Assembly (NCBI RefSeq): GCF_018350175.1
Contig: NC_058368.1
Span: forward strand, 23,686,001-23,750,000
DNA from: Felis catus
Taxonomy: Eukaryota
Direction of reading: 5' to 3'
DNA length: 64,000 nt
Shown: piece after piece, positions 26,027-39,000 of the stretch
Numbering within the stretch: the stretch's first letter is position 1
How the letters are laid out: each line of letters begins with the position of its first letter
Position numbers and translations under genes: made by a program
Notes under the pieces: model-generated
Seen by the model: only the letters and a program-made list of their open reading frames with translations
Told to the model about the DNA's origin: nothing
The model's database searches: none

Positions 26027-26408
26027 AAAATACATTTATGTCTGAATATTGATGATATGAAAAATGGTGTAGGGAATCTAGAGATAATAAAGGAAAGCTT
26101 AAGTATATTTGGTTATTACACTATAGCTGAACGTTTTTCAAATCTTACTCGGTTTAACTCTTACAAACACATATAGGAAAAAAGAGGTAAATTTAGAAAA
26201 GTAACAGCTAACAATAAGGCATGAACAGGAGGCAAGGTCTTCTTGTCTCAAATTCGAGGCTTTCTGCCTCTCCACAGAAGTGATTACATGCAACAAAACC
26301 TGAGGCTAATAAGTTCTCTATTAACTGGTAACATAGCCAAGAGAATTTCATTTGGATGGTAGTAAATTTAACAGTTCCCAACCCATTGTTTTAGAATATG
26401 ACTAGCCT

Positions 26409-26619
26409 TTTTTTTAAATTTTTAAATGTTTTTATTTATTTTTGAGACAGAGCATGAGCAGGGGAGGGGCAGAGAGAGGGGGAGACACAGAATCTGAAGC
26501 AGGCTCCAGGCTCTGAGCTGTCAGTACAGAGCCTGACATGGGGCTCGAACTCACAGACTGTGAGATCATGATCTGAGCTGAAGTCAGATGCTTAACTGAC
26601 TGAGCCACCCAGGTGCCCC
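26409..26619 (-). mobile_element. Can-SINE
   Basis: TSD tgactagcct (26399-26408 / 26620-26629). Confidence 0.96.
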
Positions 26620-26779
26620 TGACTAGCCTCTTTTTTAATAAATCAGGAAAAAAAAATCAGGACACCAGGATATAGAAACCTCTGTGTTTCACATAGACTC
26701 ACAGACTTTCATCTCCACTAATTATGTAACTCTCATAATTACTTACAAGTTTCATAGTGTATAATAATTAAAGCACTAT

Positions 26780-28640
26780 TTTTAAATTATATTTATTATA
26801 AAAAGAAAAAACATTTAAAAGCTGAGAGAATATCATTAGCTCTCATTTACTCAGCACTTGGTTTCAAAAATTTTCTGTATTTTGCCAATCTAGTTTCACT
26901 CATATCACACTACTTTTTTCTCTGATGAATAGTTTCACCTGTATGGACAGATACATACAGATATGGACAGATACTGTACCTCTAACATATACTAAGACTT
27001 AAAAAATCCATTATCACTCTAAAAAGTATTATATTAATTCTTCATATTATCTAATATCTTGTCTGCTTATTTTTCCCTGTGTGAAAAATATCTTTTTATA
27101 GTTGTTTTTCTTAAATCAGGATCTAAGTAAGGCCCACACCTTACAGTTGGTTGAGAGGTCTCTTAGGAATATTTTTTCATGCCATTTATTGGTGGAACTA
27201 AATCTTTTACCTTGTTAAATATCTAAAATTCTGAATTTGGTTCTTTGCATCCTGTGGTATCTCTTAACACACCCATCCATATCCTGCATAAATGGAGACA
27301 CTTGCTTAAATTCAGATTTGTTTTGTTTATGGGCATCTATATAATGCCCATTGCATCATACCAGGAAGCCCATGATGTCTAATATTTTAGTGATGATGTG
27401 ACATCACAGTGAGCTCAGACAGTGCCAGCCTAATACATTCATTATAAAGCTTCCTCATAGGCTTAATGGTTTACACAGTTATTAATTTCCAGAGTGAGTG
27501 TACCAGTTTGTATTCCCACCAGCAGGGCAAAGGTGTTCCCCTTTCTCTGCATCCTCACCAGCATCTGCTGTTTCCTGAGTTGTTAATTTTAGCCATTCTG
27601 ACAAGTGTGAGGGAAAAGAGTATGGAGGTTCCTCAAAGACTTAAAAGTAGAAGAACCCTTTAACCCACCAATTGCACTACTAGGTATTTATCCAAAAGAT
27701 ACACAAATGCTGAATTGAAAGGACACATGCACCCCAATGTTTATAGCAGCGCTATCAACAATAGCTAAAGTATGGAAAGAGCCCAAATGTCCATCGACTG
27801 ATGAATGTGTCATCACATCACATCAGAAGATGTGGTATATATATACAATGGACTACTACTCGGTGATCAAAAAGAATAATATCTTACCATTTGCAACAAT
27901 GTGGATGGAACGAGAGTGTATTATGCTAAGCAAAATAAATCCATCAGAAAGACAGGTATATATGATTTCATTCATATGTGGAATTTAAGAAATAAAACAG
28001 AAAAGCATAGGGGAAGGGAAGCAAAAAATAAGATAAAAACAGAAAGGGACACAAACCATAAGAAACTCTTAAATACATAGAATGAATTGAGGGTTGCTGG
28101 AGGGGTGTTGGGTGGGTGGGACAGGCTAAAGAGGTGATGGGGATTAAGGTGGGAACTTGTTGGGATGAGCAATGGGTGTTATATGTAAGTGATGAATCAC
28201 TAAATTCTATTCCTGAAATAATTATTACACTATATGTTAACTTGGATTTAAATTTTAAAAAAGGCCAGTTATTGATGGTAATTGCCTAGATCCATTCTTT
28301 CATTAGAAATTTCAAAATAATGACTTTACAATTCTGTTACGTCTTCTGCTTTTGTTTACTAAATTTCTACTCTTGACAAGAATTTTCTCTAAATAAATAT
28401 GTGGTTATTTTGAAATAGTTTGTACATGAAAGTGGGTACTAAAGGTTTGATTTTTCTATTTATAAGTTTTCAGAATGATTTGGTGTCCTGGCAATCTTCA
28501 AATGTGAGCAATTAGTTTGTCTTTTCTTAGTACCATTATGAATGAGTGGATTTTAGTATATTTGTCATCTTTATCCTGAATGACTTTCTTTGCTTTGAAA
28601 TCTACTTATCATATTAACAAAGATACTCTGGCTTTCCCCC
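26780..28640 (-). mobile_element. Ancient L1M(E)-type 3' region, split by the younger L1 at 27487-28265
   Basis: aaatcaggatctaagtaaggcccacaccttacagttggttga and attgcctagatccatt...cattag motifs typical of old L1ME/MC 3' ends. Confidence 0.55.
27487..28265 (+). mobile_element. Twin-primed LINE-1 (inverted 27487-27611, forward 27611-28265)
   Basis: The inverted part starts ttccagagtg (reverse complement cactctggaa) and the forward part starts ggaaaagagtatgg, contiguous in L1; TSD cagttatt(a/g)at (27476-27486 / 28266-28276). Confidence 0.93.
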
Positions 28641-29297
28641 TCTTGCCTGTATCTTTTTTTTTAAATTGTGGCAAAATACATGTAACATAAAATTTACTCA
28701 CCCAGATACTCTGGGAATCCACCCTGTCTAGCCCCCAGTCTCAGCACCCTCAATCACTCCATTAACCAGCTGTTCTTATTCTCAGACTCAGGGATATAGA
28801 ATTTCAATATATGAGGTCCTGAATCCTTTTCATCTTAAGCAAGGGCATCTTGACACATTTAGGTCTGTGGTCATCTGGCCAGGCTCCATATACATGTGAA
28901 AAAGACTTAGACCCAAAGCCTTAGGGTCATAGAGCATTTCTCAACAGTGGGATATTGAGGGACAGTTGCCAAGTGGGAAATGAGTGGTATCACTTAGATA
29001 TGCCTCTCCTTTCCTTTCCCAGTTTCCACATCTCTCATATACCAGGAGTAGGGGGAGATATAAAATTCTGCAACCATATAAATATATGCTAAGGATAGCA
29101 ATTAAGGTGAACTTTCCTGATATATATCATTCTTCTGTCATGATTCAGTCATTTAAATGAGTCTACATGGCCATTCTTGCCTTGTGTAAGTTCATGGTTG
29201 TAGAAGAATCCAGAGAGTCTCCTTTCTGAGTTTTTTAAAAGAAAACAACTTCCTATGAGTTTCTAGTATCAGATGTAGTAAAATAAGGAGTTTGGCT

Positions 29298-29670
29298 TGG
29301 CAGACTGTGTTTTCTAAAGAAGGTCTCAATGATAATACTCCTGCATACTTTTATTCAGTGTGGCCACCATATGCAGCTCATTCCTCCTGTCTATTTCTCT
29401 TAAAATTTGGTGGGATTCTGACCACAGGAGCCAGTAAGTATGGCAGAAAGGATGCTGAAACTAAGTCATGAATTAAGTGTAGCTTCTGCCTTTTTGGCTG
29501 GGACACTTACTTCTGGAGCTTTGAGCTGCCATGTAAGAGATCTGACCACTTTATCACAGGCATCTGGGCTTCTGAGGAAGCTCCCACCAAGTGGAAAGAC
29601 CACTATGGTAGAAATGCCAACTGAGGTCCCAACTGAAAGCGAGCTTCAAATGAAAACATGCCAGCATAGT
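29298..29670 (+). mobile_element. MLT1 (MaLR; MLT1F/G/H-like) LTR, possibly preceded by internal sequence from ~28700
   Basis: tggcagactgtgttttctaaaga start; agcttctgcc...tgggacactt...ctggagctttgagctgccatgtaaga motif. Confidence 0.7.
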
Positions 29671-29679
29671 CTTTTTTTT

Positions 29680-30160
29680 TAAATGGTGTACACATAATTG
29701 AATATCCATATGCAAAAATATAAAATGACCCACAACTCATACCTTATACCAGGTACAAAAATTAACTTCTCAAAATGAATCTAAATGTAAAACTTTTAGC
29801 TATAAAACTTCTAGAAGAATGAATATATAGGAGAGAATCTTTGTGATCTTAAACACCGTTTCTTAGACAAGACACAAAAACATTAGAATCAAAACCGTTG
29901 TAGTGAAAACCACAGTTTCTAATTCTTCAGTGCTTGTAAAGGTCAAACAAAGGACACAAAATTCAAAACAGTTTGGATCAGAGGGAACTAAAAATCTGGG
30001 TATTATAAAAGAAGGTCTGACCATAAAAGAGTGTAAGAGAACTTTTGGGGGTGATGGAAATGTTCTAGATATTAATTGTGGTGGTGGTGATGCAACTGTA
30101 CAGTGAGAAGAATGATTTTTACTGAATATGAAATATACTTTAATAAACATAAATTTTAAA
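29680..30160 (+). mobile_element. Old L1M fragments (ORF2 and 3' end)
   Basis: atatccatatgcaaaaa...tataaaacttctagaagaa...ggagagaatctttgtgatctt; aacttttgggggtgatggaaatgttct. Confidence 0.75.
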
Positions 30161-31053
30161 GGTGGTAAGAGTCATAGTTCAACTGGGACTTAAACCTTTG
30201 AGTCTTGATCCACACTTCAGTGAAAAATTATCTTTACTTATCTCCCAGTAACTATTTCTCTATTTTATTTCTCTATGTGTGAAAATCATCTCTACTAGAT
30301 TTTCAAAGATATAAGAACTAAATATTATTATTTACCACACTGTGGTTAAAAGGCTATATCTCAGTGTAAAATCCACCTTTTTCATTCCTCATGGGATTCT
30401 GATAAACTTGTATATTATCTTCTATTATGGGCTAAGAAAAATATTGTGTCACTAGGAAAGAGCCTAGAGTAAAGTCAATGTTTAAAAATGTTAATATTCT
30501 GGGAATTGTGAAAATTTAAGATAATGATTGCATTACTCAAACTTTGGGGCACGTGAGGAATTTGCTCTGATGACCTGGTGTTATTCTAGAATTCTTCCAT
30601 GAAAGGCAGCACTCGATCACTTTTGGAAGTGCTGAGACTCACTCAGTGTGGTTATGTAACATCCTCTTATCATTACAGCAATGATAATAACAATAATGAT
30701 AAAGAAAAGTAGCTTTTCAAGTCTCAACGTGTAGAAAAATATGCAGTTTTGCGTAGGCTTGCACTCTGTAATCACACTTCATGAGCTAATATTTTAATGA
30801 CACCTCCTGGATAATAATTAGCCATCTCAGCTCCTTACTTGTCATTTGAAAAGTACAGTCACTGTTTCAAACTTACCAGATACTGTTTTCTCCTCTCTCA
30901 TTCCAGTGAATAAGATATTAATATTCTTCATTTTGAAAATGCTCCTTCCAACTATGCTAAAATTTCACCCTCATAAAGAATTTCCTTAAGTCTTATTAGG
31001 TATACTTTGGTTGCAAGAGCAAACTGAAGTATAGCCACTAAAAATTCTGTCCA

Positions 31054-31299
31054 GGGGCTCCTGAGTGGCTTAGTCGGTTAAGTGTCTGACTTTGGCTAGG
31101 GTCATGATCTCAAGGTTGGTGAGTTCGAGTCCCACATCAGGCTCTGTGATGACAGCTTTGAGCCTGGAGCCTGCTTCTGATTCTATGTCTCCCTCTCTCT
31201 CTCTGTCCCTCCCCACTTGCACTCTGTATCTGTGTCTCTCTCTGTCTCTCTCAAAAATAAACATTTAAAAAACCTATAAAAAAGAAAAATACAGTTAAA
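31054..31299 (+). mobile_element. Can-SINE
   Basis: TSD aaaaattctgtc (31040-31051 / 31300-31311). Confidence 0.95.
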
Positions 31300-31450
31300 A
31301 AAAATTCTGTCTAGTTTTTCATTAAAATTCATGCTTGAATAGCCTATGGATTCAACCAGAAGAATCTGGCTAATTGCAGCACTTTGGTAAATAGTTTGTA
31401 TTTTTTCCAAAAAGCTGAGGATACAGATCCATTCTTTAATGGTTTCTTTA

Positions 31451-31481
<31 letters not shown>

Positions 31482-31499
31482 CACACACACACACACACA
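31451..31499. repeat. (CA)n microsatellite, about 24 units with one interruption
   Basis: Seen directly. Confidence 0.97.
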
Positions 31500-32499
31500 G
31501 TGTAATCAAGGGAAAAGGGAGGCTTTGGGCTGGCTTTAGCTCATCCCAGCATTGGACTTTACCATTGCATGTTTTCAATACAAATTTAGACATTTCTCAA
31601 TGATTGTAATGCTAGAATATAGGTAGAACTTTGGGTTCATCTAAATGCCAGGCTGTGATGAGGTTGTGTTCTGTTCCAGGGGACCCATTAATGCAGAAAT
31701 CTGGGCTGCTGCACTGGGAACCACAGTGCTCATCTAGTTCTCTAGGGGCCACCTAAAGACAAAGAGGGAATGTAGCTGGTATTAGCTAAGTTTCAAAGAG
31801 GACTGGATCACAGGCAACCCAAATTGTGGTTTATTACAAAAACTAGTATTCTTCCCTGTGTCTCAGTAGTCCATATTCTTCCCCAGTGACTACTTAAGTT
31901 TAGCAGAGTGAGAAGCAGATTGGACATCAAAAGAGTGGCATAGGAGTCCCAACACTACGATTATAGTCCTACAACGTGTGCATGTTGGCGTTAAGCATTC
32001 CAAGTCTCAGTTTACATACTTCCAAAATAAGAGCATCGAATTAAATTATTTTTCTGGCTTCTTGTACCTTAAAACCATGCTATTTTGAGGTAGGAGAAGA
32101 ACTGACCTTATGTTAATTTAATATGTGCTAAGGCTAAAGATTTATTCATAGAAGAGGGATTACAACTCTAATTTAAAGGAATTTCCCCACTACTGAATCT
32201 ATGATATGCAAATTTCTTATTGTCTTTCTAGATACATCATAATTACATTTAGCACTCTGGCATTTTTATGTTCAACAGATCGAATTTCACATCCATAAAT
32301 GCCTTTTAGATTTCCTCTCCTCACTCCAACACAAGGAAGAGGCAGTGACTTCTGAAGAAACATTGCAGGTTGGAGTGTAGAGCAAGATGGTGGGTAAAAA
32401 GTATATTTCACTTAATACTGGCCAGACTCTTTGACATATCATACGTAAAATGCATAGCATTATGTTTGGCTTATATAATTGGTCCTGAATGTATGCAGG

Positions 32500-32800
32500 C
32501 TATACTACCCTCAGAATTTTACATAATTTTCAAAACATCCTATGAGACCATCAGAGTTGCCCCATTATCTTCTACATTTTTCAAATGAGGAAGTAGACTT
32601 AACCTAAGTGAAAGAGATAAAGAACTTTAAATTTAAAGAAAACCTAAAAGGGTGTCTTATTCAATCTTCTCATTATTCAAAGAAGAAAATCAGGCATCAG
32701 AGAAATTGACGAATCTGTTCAAAGCCACTCAGGTAAGTGACCCATGTGTTTCTTAGATCTTTTGACTCCGAAGCCAGTGCTCTTTCTGTACCAGAGTGCC
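32500..32800 (-). mobile_element. Two MIR fragments
   Basis: cattttcaaatgaggaagt; gaagaaaatcaggcatcagagaaattgacgaatctgttcaaagccactcagg...tgactccgaagccagtgctctttc. Confidence 0.65.
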
Positions 32801-32844
32801 ATCACTGACCAAGCTCTCCTTTGCTCTTAGGAAAGAGAATTTGA

Positions 32845-32936
32845 CTTGTGATGAGCATCAGGTGTTGTATGTTGTACACGTGAAACTAATATTACACTAG
32901 ATGCTAACTGGAAATTAAATAAAACTTAAAAAAAAT
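32845..32936 (+). mobile_element. Tiny LINE-1 3' end
   Basis: cttgtgatgagcatcaggtgttgtatg...aaactaatattacact plus A tail; TSD aaagagaatttga / aaagacaatgtga. Confidence 0.85.
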
Positions 32937-34419
32937 AAAGACAATGTGAGATACGGAAATTTAGTAATTCAAAGTTACCTCATCAGAACATTACTAGGAC
33001 AAGCTTGTAAAGAAAGACCATTTAAAACGAGAAGGTTCAAGTTATTTCAATTGAGACAAATACAGATCGGCTTGTGGAATGCTGTATTTGAGTTTTCTGG
33101 TCAACAGCTCTCAATATTTAGTATATTTTAAGAATATTTAAGACTTCAAGATGTTTTGAGGAGCCAAGATGGTGGAATAGCATGAAAGTTTTTTGTGTGT
33201 CTCACATCCATGAAATACAGCCAGACCAACACTAAACCATCCTGCACACCTAGAAAAGTGATCCAAGGATTAACCCAACAATCTGTACAACATGAACCAC
33301 AGAATTCAGCAGGTGTGCAGCATGGAGAGGTGAACTGGGGGAGAGAGAAGCCACAGAAGGCAGGGAGCTGTTTTTGCTTGTGGAGAGAGGATAGAGATGG
33401 GGGGGAGGATATAGGAAAACCACCCCTCCCCAAAAGCAGCTGGAGAGAAAGTGGAAAATTGGAACAGCCATAGGGACTAAACTAAAAATGGAGAAAGGAG
33501 AAGGTTTAAATTTCAGTAACACCGTAAACAAGGGGAGAAACTCCACAGCTCAATACCTAGTGGTCCTCTGGTGTGAAGGGTGAATCCCCAGGAGCAGAGT
33601 GGGGTCTGGGAGGTTCTGGGGCCACACGGGGAAAAGTGGTTCCACTGCTGGAAGAACATTTGGTAGAGACTGTTGAGGCCACCTGGTCCGAGCAGACCCC
33701 AGAGAACTACCATTCACTGGTGCTGGAACAAGGTCGTTGGGGGTGAAGCCTGGTGCCAGATGCGTGTTGTGATTTTCCATGATCCCTGAAACACTGCTGC
33801 TACACTATCTCGTGACCTTTTTCTGGGGCAGGCTGACAGCTGGCACAGTCTCGGGGTCCAGCAAGTGTTCCTGGGTGCAGCCAGCATTCGGACATTGATT
33901 GGTAAGACCCTCCTGCAGATGGGGGAAATTGGTCAAAGCCACAGTCCTTCAGAAGTAAAGGGCCTGGGAAAACAGCTGCATTTGAGACAAAACTCGGGAG
34001 AGAAGTACTGCCTGGGGCTTGATCATGGACAGTGAAAAAGTGGGGAGTGGATGAAAGCTGAAGACAGAGGATGGAGGTGCGCAATTGCTGATTGGGAAGA
34101 ACAGAGTTCCGATACTAGAGACTGGGTAGCTGGGTAATGCCATTTTCACCGCTCCCACACATGTGCATATGCACATACAAACACAACAATCCACCCCCAT
34201 AAGCTAAGTAGCGCCATCTAGTGGAGAACGGAGTCATTACACTAAGCCCTGCCCAACTGGGCCAATCTCACTTTTCAAGAACACAAGACTCACCACCTGC
34301 TTAAATTTATGGACTATAAAGAACTTCATAGTCTGACTTCAAGGGGAAAATGAAATAATTTCAGTCCTATTTCAATCTGTTAGCAGGTCTATCTATTCAA
34401 TTTTCTTTCTTTTCTTTTT

Positions 34420-34840
34420 CACTTCTTTTCTTTTTCTTGAATACAGAAAGAGAAAAAAATCATTTTTATTTTCAATTTTTATTAAAAATATTTTTCTTTA
34501 AAATTTTTACTATATTTTTTACATTTGTGTAAAATTTTTCAATTCTATTTTATGAAATAAATTCTATTTTCATTTCATTTTAGTATACTTCAATGTATTC
34601 ACTTTTTGAAATTTTCAAATGATTTCCTTTTCTCTTTTTTCTCTTGTTCATTTCTTTTCTTTTTCTTGAATACAGAAAGATAAAAAAATCATTATTTTTA
34701 ATTTTTATTAATAATATTTTTTTCTACTACATTCTTTACTTCTGTGTAATTTTTTTCAAGCTCTATTTTACTCCCATCACCTCATTTTAGTCTACTTCAG
34801 TGTATTCATTTTTTCAAATACTCAAATTATTTCCTATTTT
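34420..34840 (+). repeat. ~230-bp AT-rich tandem duplication in the L1 5'UTR
   Basis: tttttcttgaatacagaaaga...aaaatcatt...tgtattca recurs at ~34431 and ~34660. Confidence 0.85.
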
Positions 34841-35019
34841 TCCCTCCATTTTTTCTCTAATCAAACCACTTTCAATACCCAGACCTAAACACACCTAGGA
34901 TCTAGCATCATTTATTAGATTTGTATGTGTGTTTTTAATTTTTTAATTTTAATATTTTTTCAGTTTAATTTTTTTAATTTGACTTTTTCTACCTCATTAA
35001 TTCCTTTTCTCACTTCAAA

Positions 35020-35897
35020 CTGACAAAACAAAGGAATTCACCCCAAAAGAAAGAGCACAAAGAAACAATAGCCGGGGATTTAACCAACACAGATACAACC
35101 AAGATGTCTGACCCAGAATTTAGAATCATGATAAGAATAATACTAGCTGGAGTTGAAAGTAGAGTAGAATCCCTTTCTGCAGAGTAGAATCCCTTTCTTC
35201 AAACTAGTCAGGATGAAATAAAAAATGTTATAACTGAGCCGCAATCACAGATGGATGCTGCAGCAGCAAGGATGGATGAGGCAGAACAGAGAATCAGCGA
35301 TATAGAGGACAAACTTATAAAGAATAACAAAGCAGAAAAAAAGAGGGAGATTAAGGCAAAAGAGCACAATTTAAGAATCAGAGAAATCAGTGACTCATTA
35401 AAAAGGAACAACATCAGAACCATAGAGTCCCAGAAGAGGAAGAGAGAGAAATAGAGGTAGAAGGGTTATGTGAGCAAATCATAGCAGAAAACTTTCCTAA
35501 CCTGGGGAAAGACACAGACATCAAAATCCAGGAAGCACAGAGAACCCCCATTAGATTCAACAAAAACTGGCCATCAACAAGGCATATCATAGTCAAATTC
35601 ACAAAATATTCAGACAAGGAGAGAATCATGAAACAGCAAGGGAAAAAAAGTCCCTAACATACAAGGGAAGACAGGTTTGCAGCAGACCTATCCACAGAAA
35701 CTTGGCAGTCCAGAAAGGAGTGGTGGGATGTATTCAGTGTGCTGAATCAGAATAATATGCAGCCAAGAATTCTTTATCCAGCAAGGCTGTCATTCAAAAT
35801 AGAAGGAGAGATAAAAAGTTCCCCAGACAAACAAAAATTAAAGGAGTTTGTGACCACTAAACCAGTCCTGCAAGAAATTTTAAGGGGGACTTTCTGA
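35020..35897 (+). pseudogene. L1 ORF1p, disabled
   Basis: CTG at the expected start codon; coiled-coil fragment ARMDEAEQRISDIEDK...LKRNNIR; frameshifts. Confidence 0.9.
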
Positions 35898-36015
35898 GGG
35901 GAGAAAAGATGAATACATACAAACATACATATATACATACATACATACCAAAAGCAACAAAGACTAGAAAGGACCAGAGAACACCACCAGAAACTCCAAC
36001 TCTACAGGGAACATA

Positions 36016-39000
36016 ATGGCAATACATTCATATCTTTCAGTAATCACTCTAAACGTCAATGGAGTCAATGCTCCAATCAAAATACATAGGGTAACAGAAT
36101 AGATAAGAGAACAAGATCCATCTATTCCTGTTCACAAGAGACCCACTTTAGACCTCAAGACACCTTCAGATTGAAAGTAAGGGAATGGAGAACGATCTAT
36201 CATGCTAATGGTCAACAAAAGGAAGCTGGAGTAGCCATACTTATATCAGACAATCTAGACTTTAAAATAAAGACTGTATCAAGAGATGCAGAAGGGCATT
36301 ATATCATAATCAAGGAGTCTATCCACCAAGAAGACCTAACAATTGTAAATATTTATGTGCCAAATGTGAGAGCACAATAATATATAAATCAATTAATCAC
36401 AAACATAAAGAAACTCATTGATAGTAATACCATAATAGGAGACTTCAACACCCCACTCACAGAAATGGACAGATTATCTAATAAAAAAATCAACAAGGAC
36501 ACACTGGACCAGTAGGACTTAACAGATATATTCAGAACATTTCATCCTAAAGCAGAATATACATTCTTCTCCAGTGCACATGGAACATTCTCCAGAATAG
36601 ACCACATACTGTGACACAAATCAGCCCTCAGCAAGTACAAAAATATCGAGATCATACCGTGCATATTTTCAGACCACAATGCTATGAAACTCGAAATCAA
36701 CCACAGGAAAAAATTTGGAAAGGTAACAAATACTTTGAGACTGAAGAAAATCCTACTAAAGAATGAATGGGCTAACCAAGAAGTTAAAGAGGAAATTAAA
36801 AAGTATATGGAAGCCAATGAAAATGATAACACCACAACCCAAAACCTCTGGGAAGCAGCAAAGGCGGTCATAAGAGGAAAGTATATAGCAATCCAGGCCT
36901 TCCTAAAGAAAGAAGAAAGATCTCAGATACACACCTAACCTTACACCTTAAGGAGCTGGAAAAAGAACAGCAAATAAAACCCCAAAACCAGCAGAAGACA
37001 GGAAATAATAAAGATTACAGCAGAAATTAATGCTATTGAAAACAAAACAAAACAAAAAAGAACAGATAAATGAAACCAGAAGCTGGTTCTTTGAAAGAAT
37101 TAACAAAATTAATAAACCACTAGCCACTTTGACCAAAAAGAAAAAGGAAAGGATCCAAATAAATAACATCAAGAATGAAAGAGGAGAGATCACAACCAAC
37201 ACAGCAGAAATAAAAACAATAATAAGAGAATATTATGAACAATTATATGCCAATAAAATGGGCAATCTGGAAGAAATGTACCAATTCCTAGAAACATATA
37301 CACTACCAAAACTGGAACAGGAAGAAATAGAAAATGTGAACAGACCCATAACCAGTAAGGAAATCGAATTAGTAAGCAAAAATCTGCCAAAAAAATAAGA
37401 GTCCAGGGCCAGATGGATTTCCAGGGGAATTCTACTAAACATTTAAGGAAAAGTTAACACCTATTCTCTTGAAAGTGTTCCAAAAAATAGAAATGGAAGG
37501 AAAAATTCCAAACTCTTTCTATGAAGCCAGCATGACTTTGATTCCAAAACCAGACAGACCCCACTAAAATGGAGAACTATAGACCAATTTCCCTGATGAA
37601 CATGGATGCAAAAATCCTCAGCAAGGTATTAGTCAACCGGATCCAACAATACATTAAAAAAAGTATTCACCATGACCAAGTAGGACTTATACCTAGGATG
37701 CAGGGCTGGTTCGATATCCGCAAAACAATTAATGTGATTCATCACATCAATAAAACAAAGGACAAGAACCATATGATCCTCTCAATAGATGCAGAGAAAG
37801 CATTTGACAAAATACAGCATCCTTTCTTGATACAAACCCTCAAGAAAGTAGGGATAGAAGGAGCATACCTCAAGATCAAAAAAGCCATATATGAATGACC
37901 CAATGCTAATATCATCCTATATGGGGAAAAACTGAGAGCTTTCCCCCTAAGGTCAGGATCAAGACAGGGATGTCCACTCTTACCACTGTTATCCAACATA
38001 GTATTGGAAGTCTTAGCCTCTGCAATCAGACAACACAAAGAAACTAAAGCCATCCAAATCGGCCAGGAGGAGATCAAACTTTCACTCTTCCCAGATGACA
38101 TGATACTTTATATGGAGAACTCTAAAGATTTCATCAAAAAGCTGCTAGAACTGATTCATGAATTCAGCAAAGTGGCAGGATATAAAGTCAATGCACAGAA
38201 ATTGGTTGCATTCCTATACACCAACAATGAAGCAACAGAGAAATCAAGGAATCGATCTTATTTACAGTTGCACCAAAAACCATAAAATGCCTAGGAATAA
38301 GTTTAACCAAAGAGGTGAAAAATATATATACTGAAAACTATAGAAAGCTTATGAAAGAAATTGAAGAAGACACAAAAACATGGAAAACTATTCCATGCTC
38401 CTGGATATAAAGAGCAAATATTGTTAAAATGTCGATACTAACCAAAGATATCTACATATTCAATGCAATCCCTATCAAAATAACACTAGCATTCTTCACA
38501 GAGCTAGAACAAACAATCCTAAATTGTGTATGGAACCAGAAAAGACCTCAAATACCCAAAGTGATCTTGAAAAAAAAAACATAGCAGGAGGCATCACAAT
38601 CCCAGACTTCAAGCTATACTACAAAGCTGTAATCATCAAGACAGTATGGTACTGGCACTAGAACAGATACTCAGATCAATGGAACAGAATAGAGAACCCA
38701 GAAATGGACCTACAAATGTATGGCCAACTAATCTTTGACAAATCAGGAAAGACTATCCAATGGAATAAAGACAGTGTCTTCAGCAAGTGGTGCTGGGAAA
38801 ACTGGACAACCACATGCAGAAGAATGAACCTGGACCACTTTCTTATACCATACACAAAAATATACTCAAAATAGATGAAAGACCTCAGTGTAAGACAGGA
38901 AGCCATCAAAATCCTCAAGGAGAAAGCAGGCAAAAACCTCTTTGATCTTGGCCAGAGCAACTTCTTACTCAATATGTCTCCAGAGACAAGGGAAACAAAA

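Noticed and set aside
30568..30635. TGATGA...CTGA as a C/D box snoRNA
   Set aside because: The C box lacks the leading purine, there is no proper terminal stem, and I recognise no guide sequence.
33146..34200. Cluster of antisense ORFs as an ORF0-like gene
   Set aside because: Short, overlapping frames in a GC-richer decayed 5'UTR; conservation cannot be judged from one copy.
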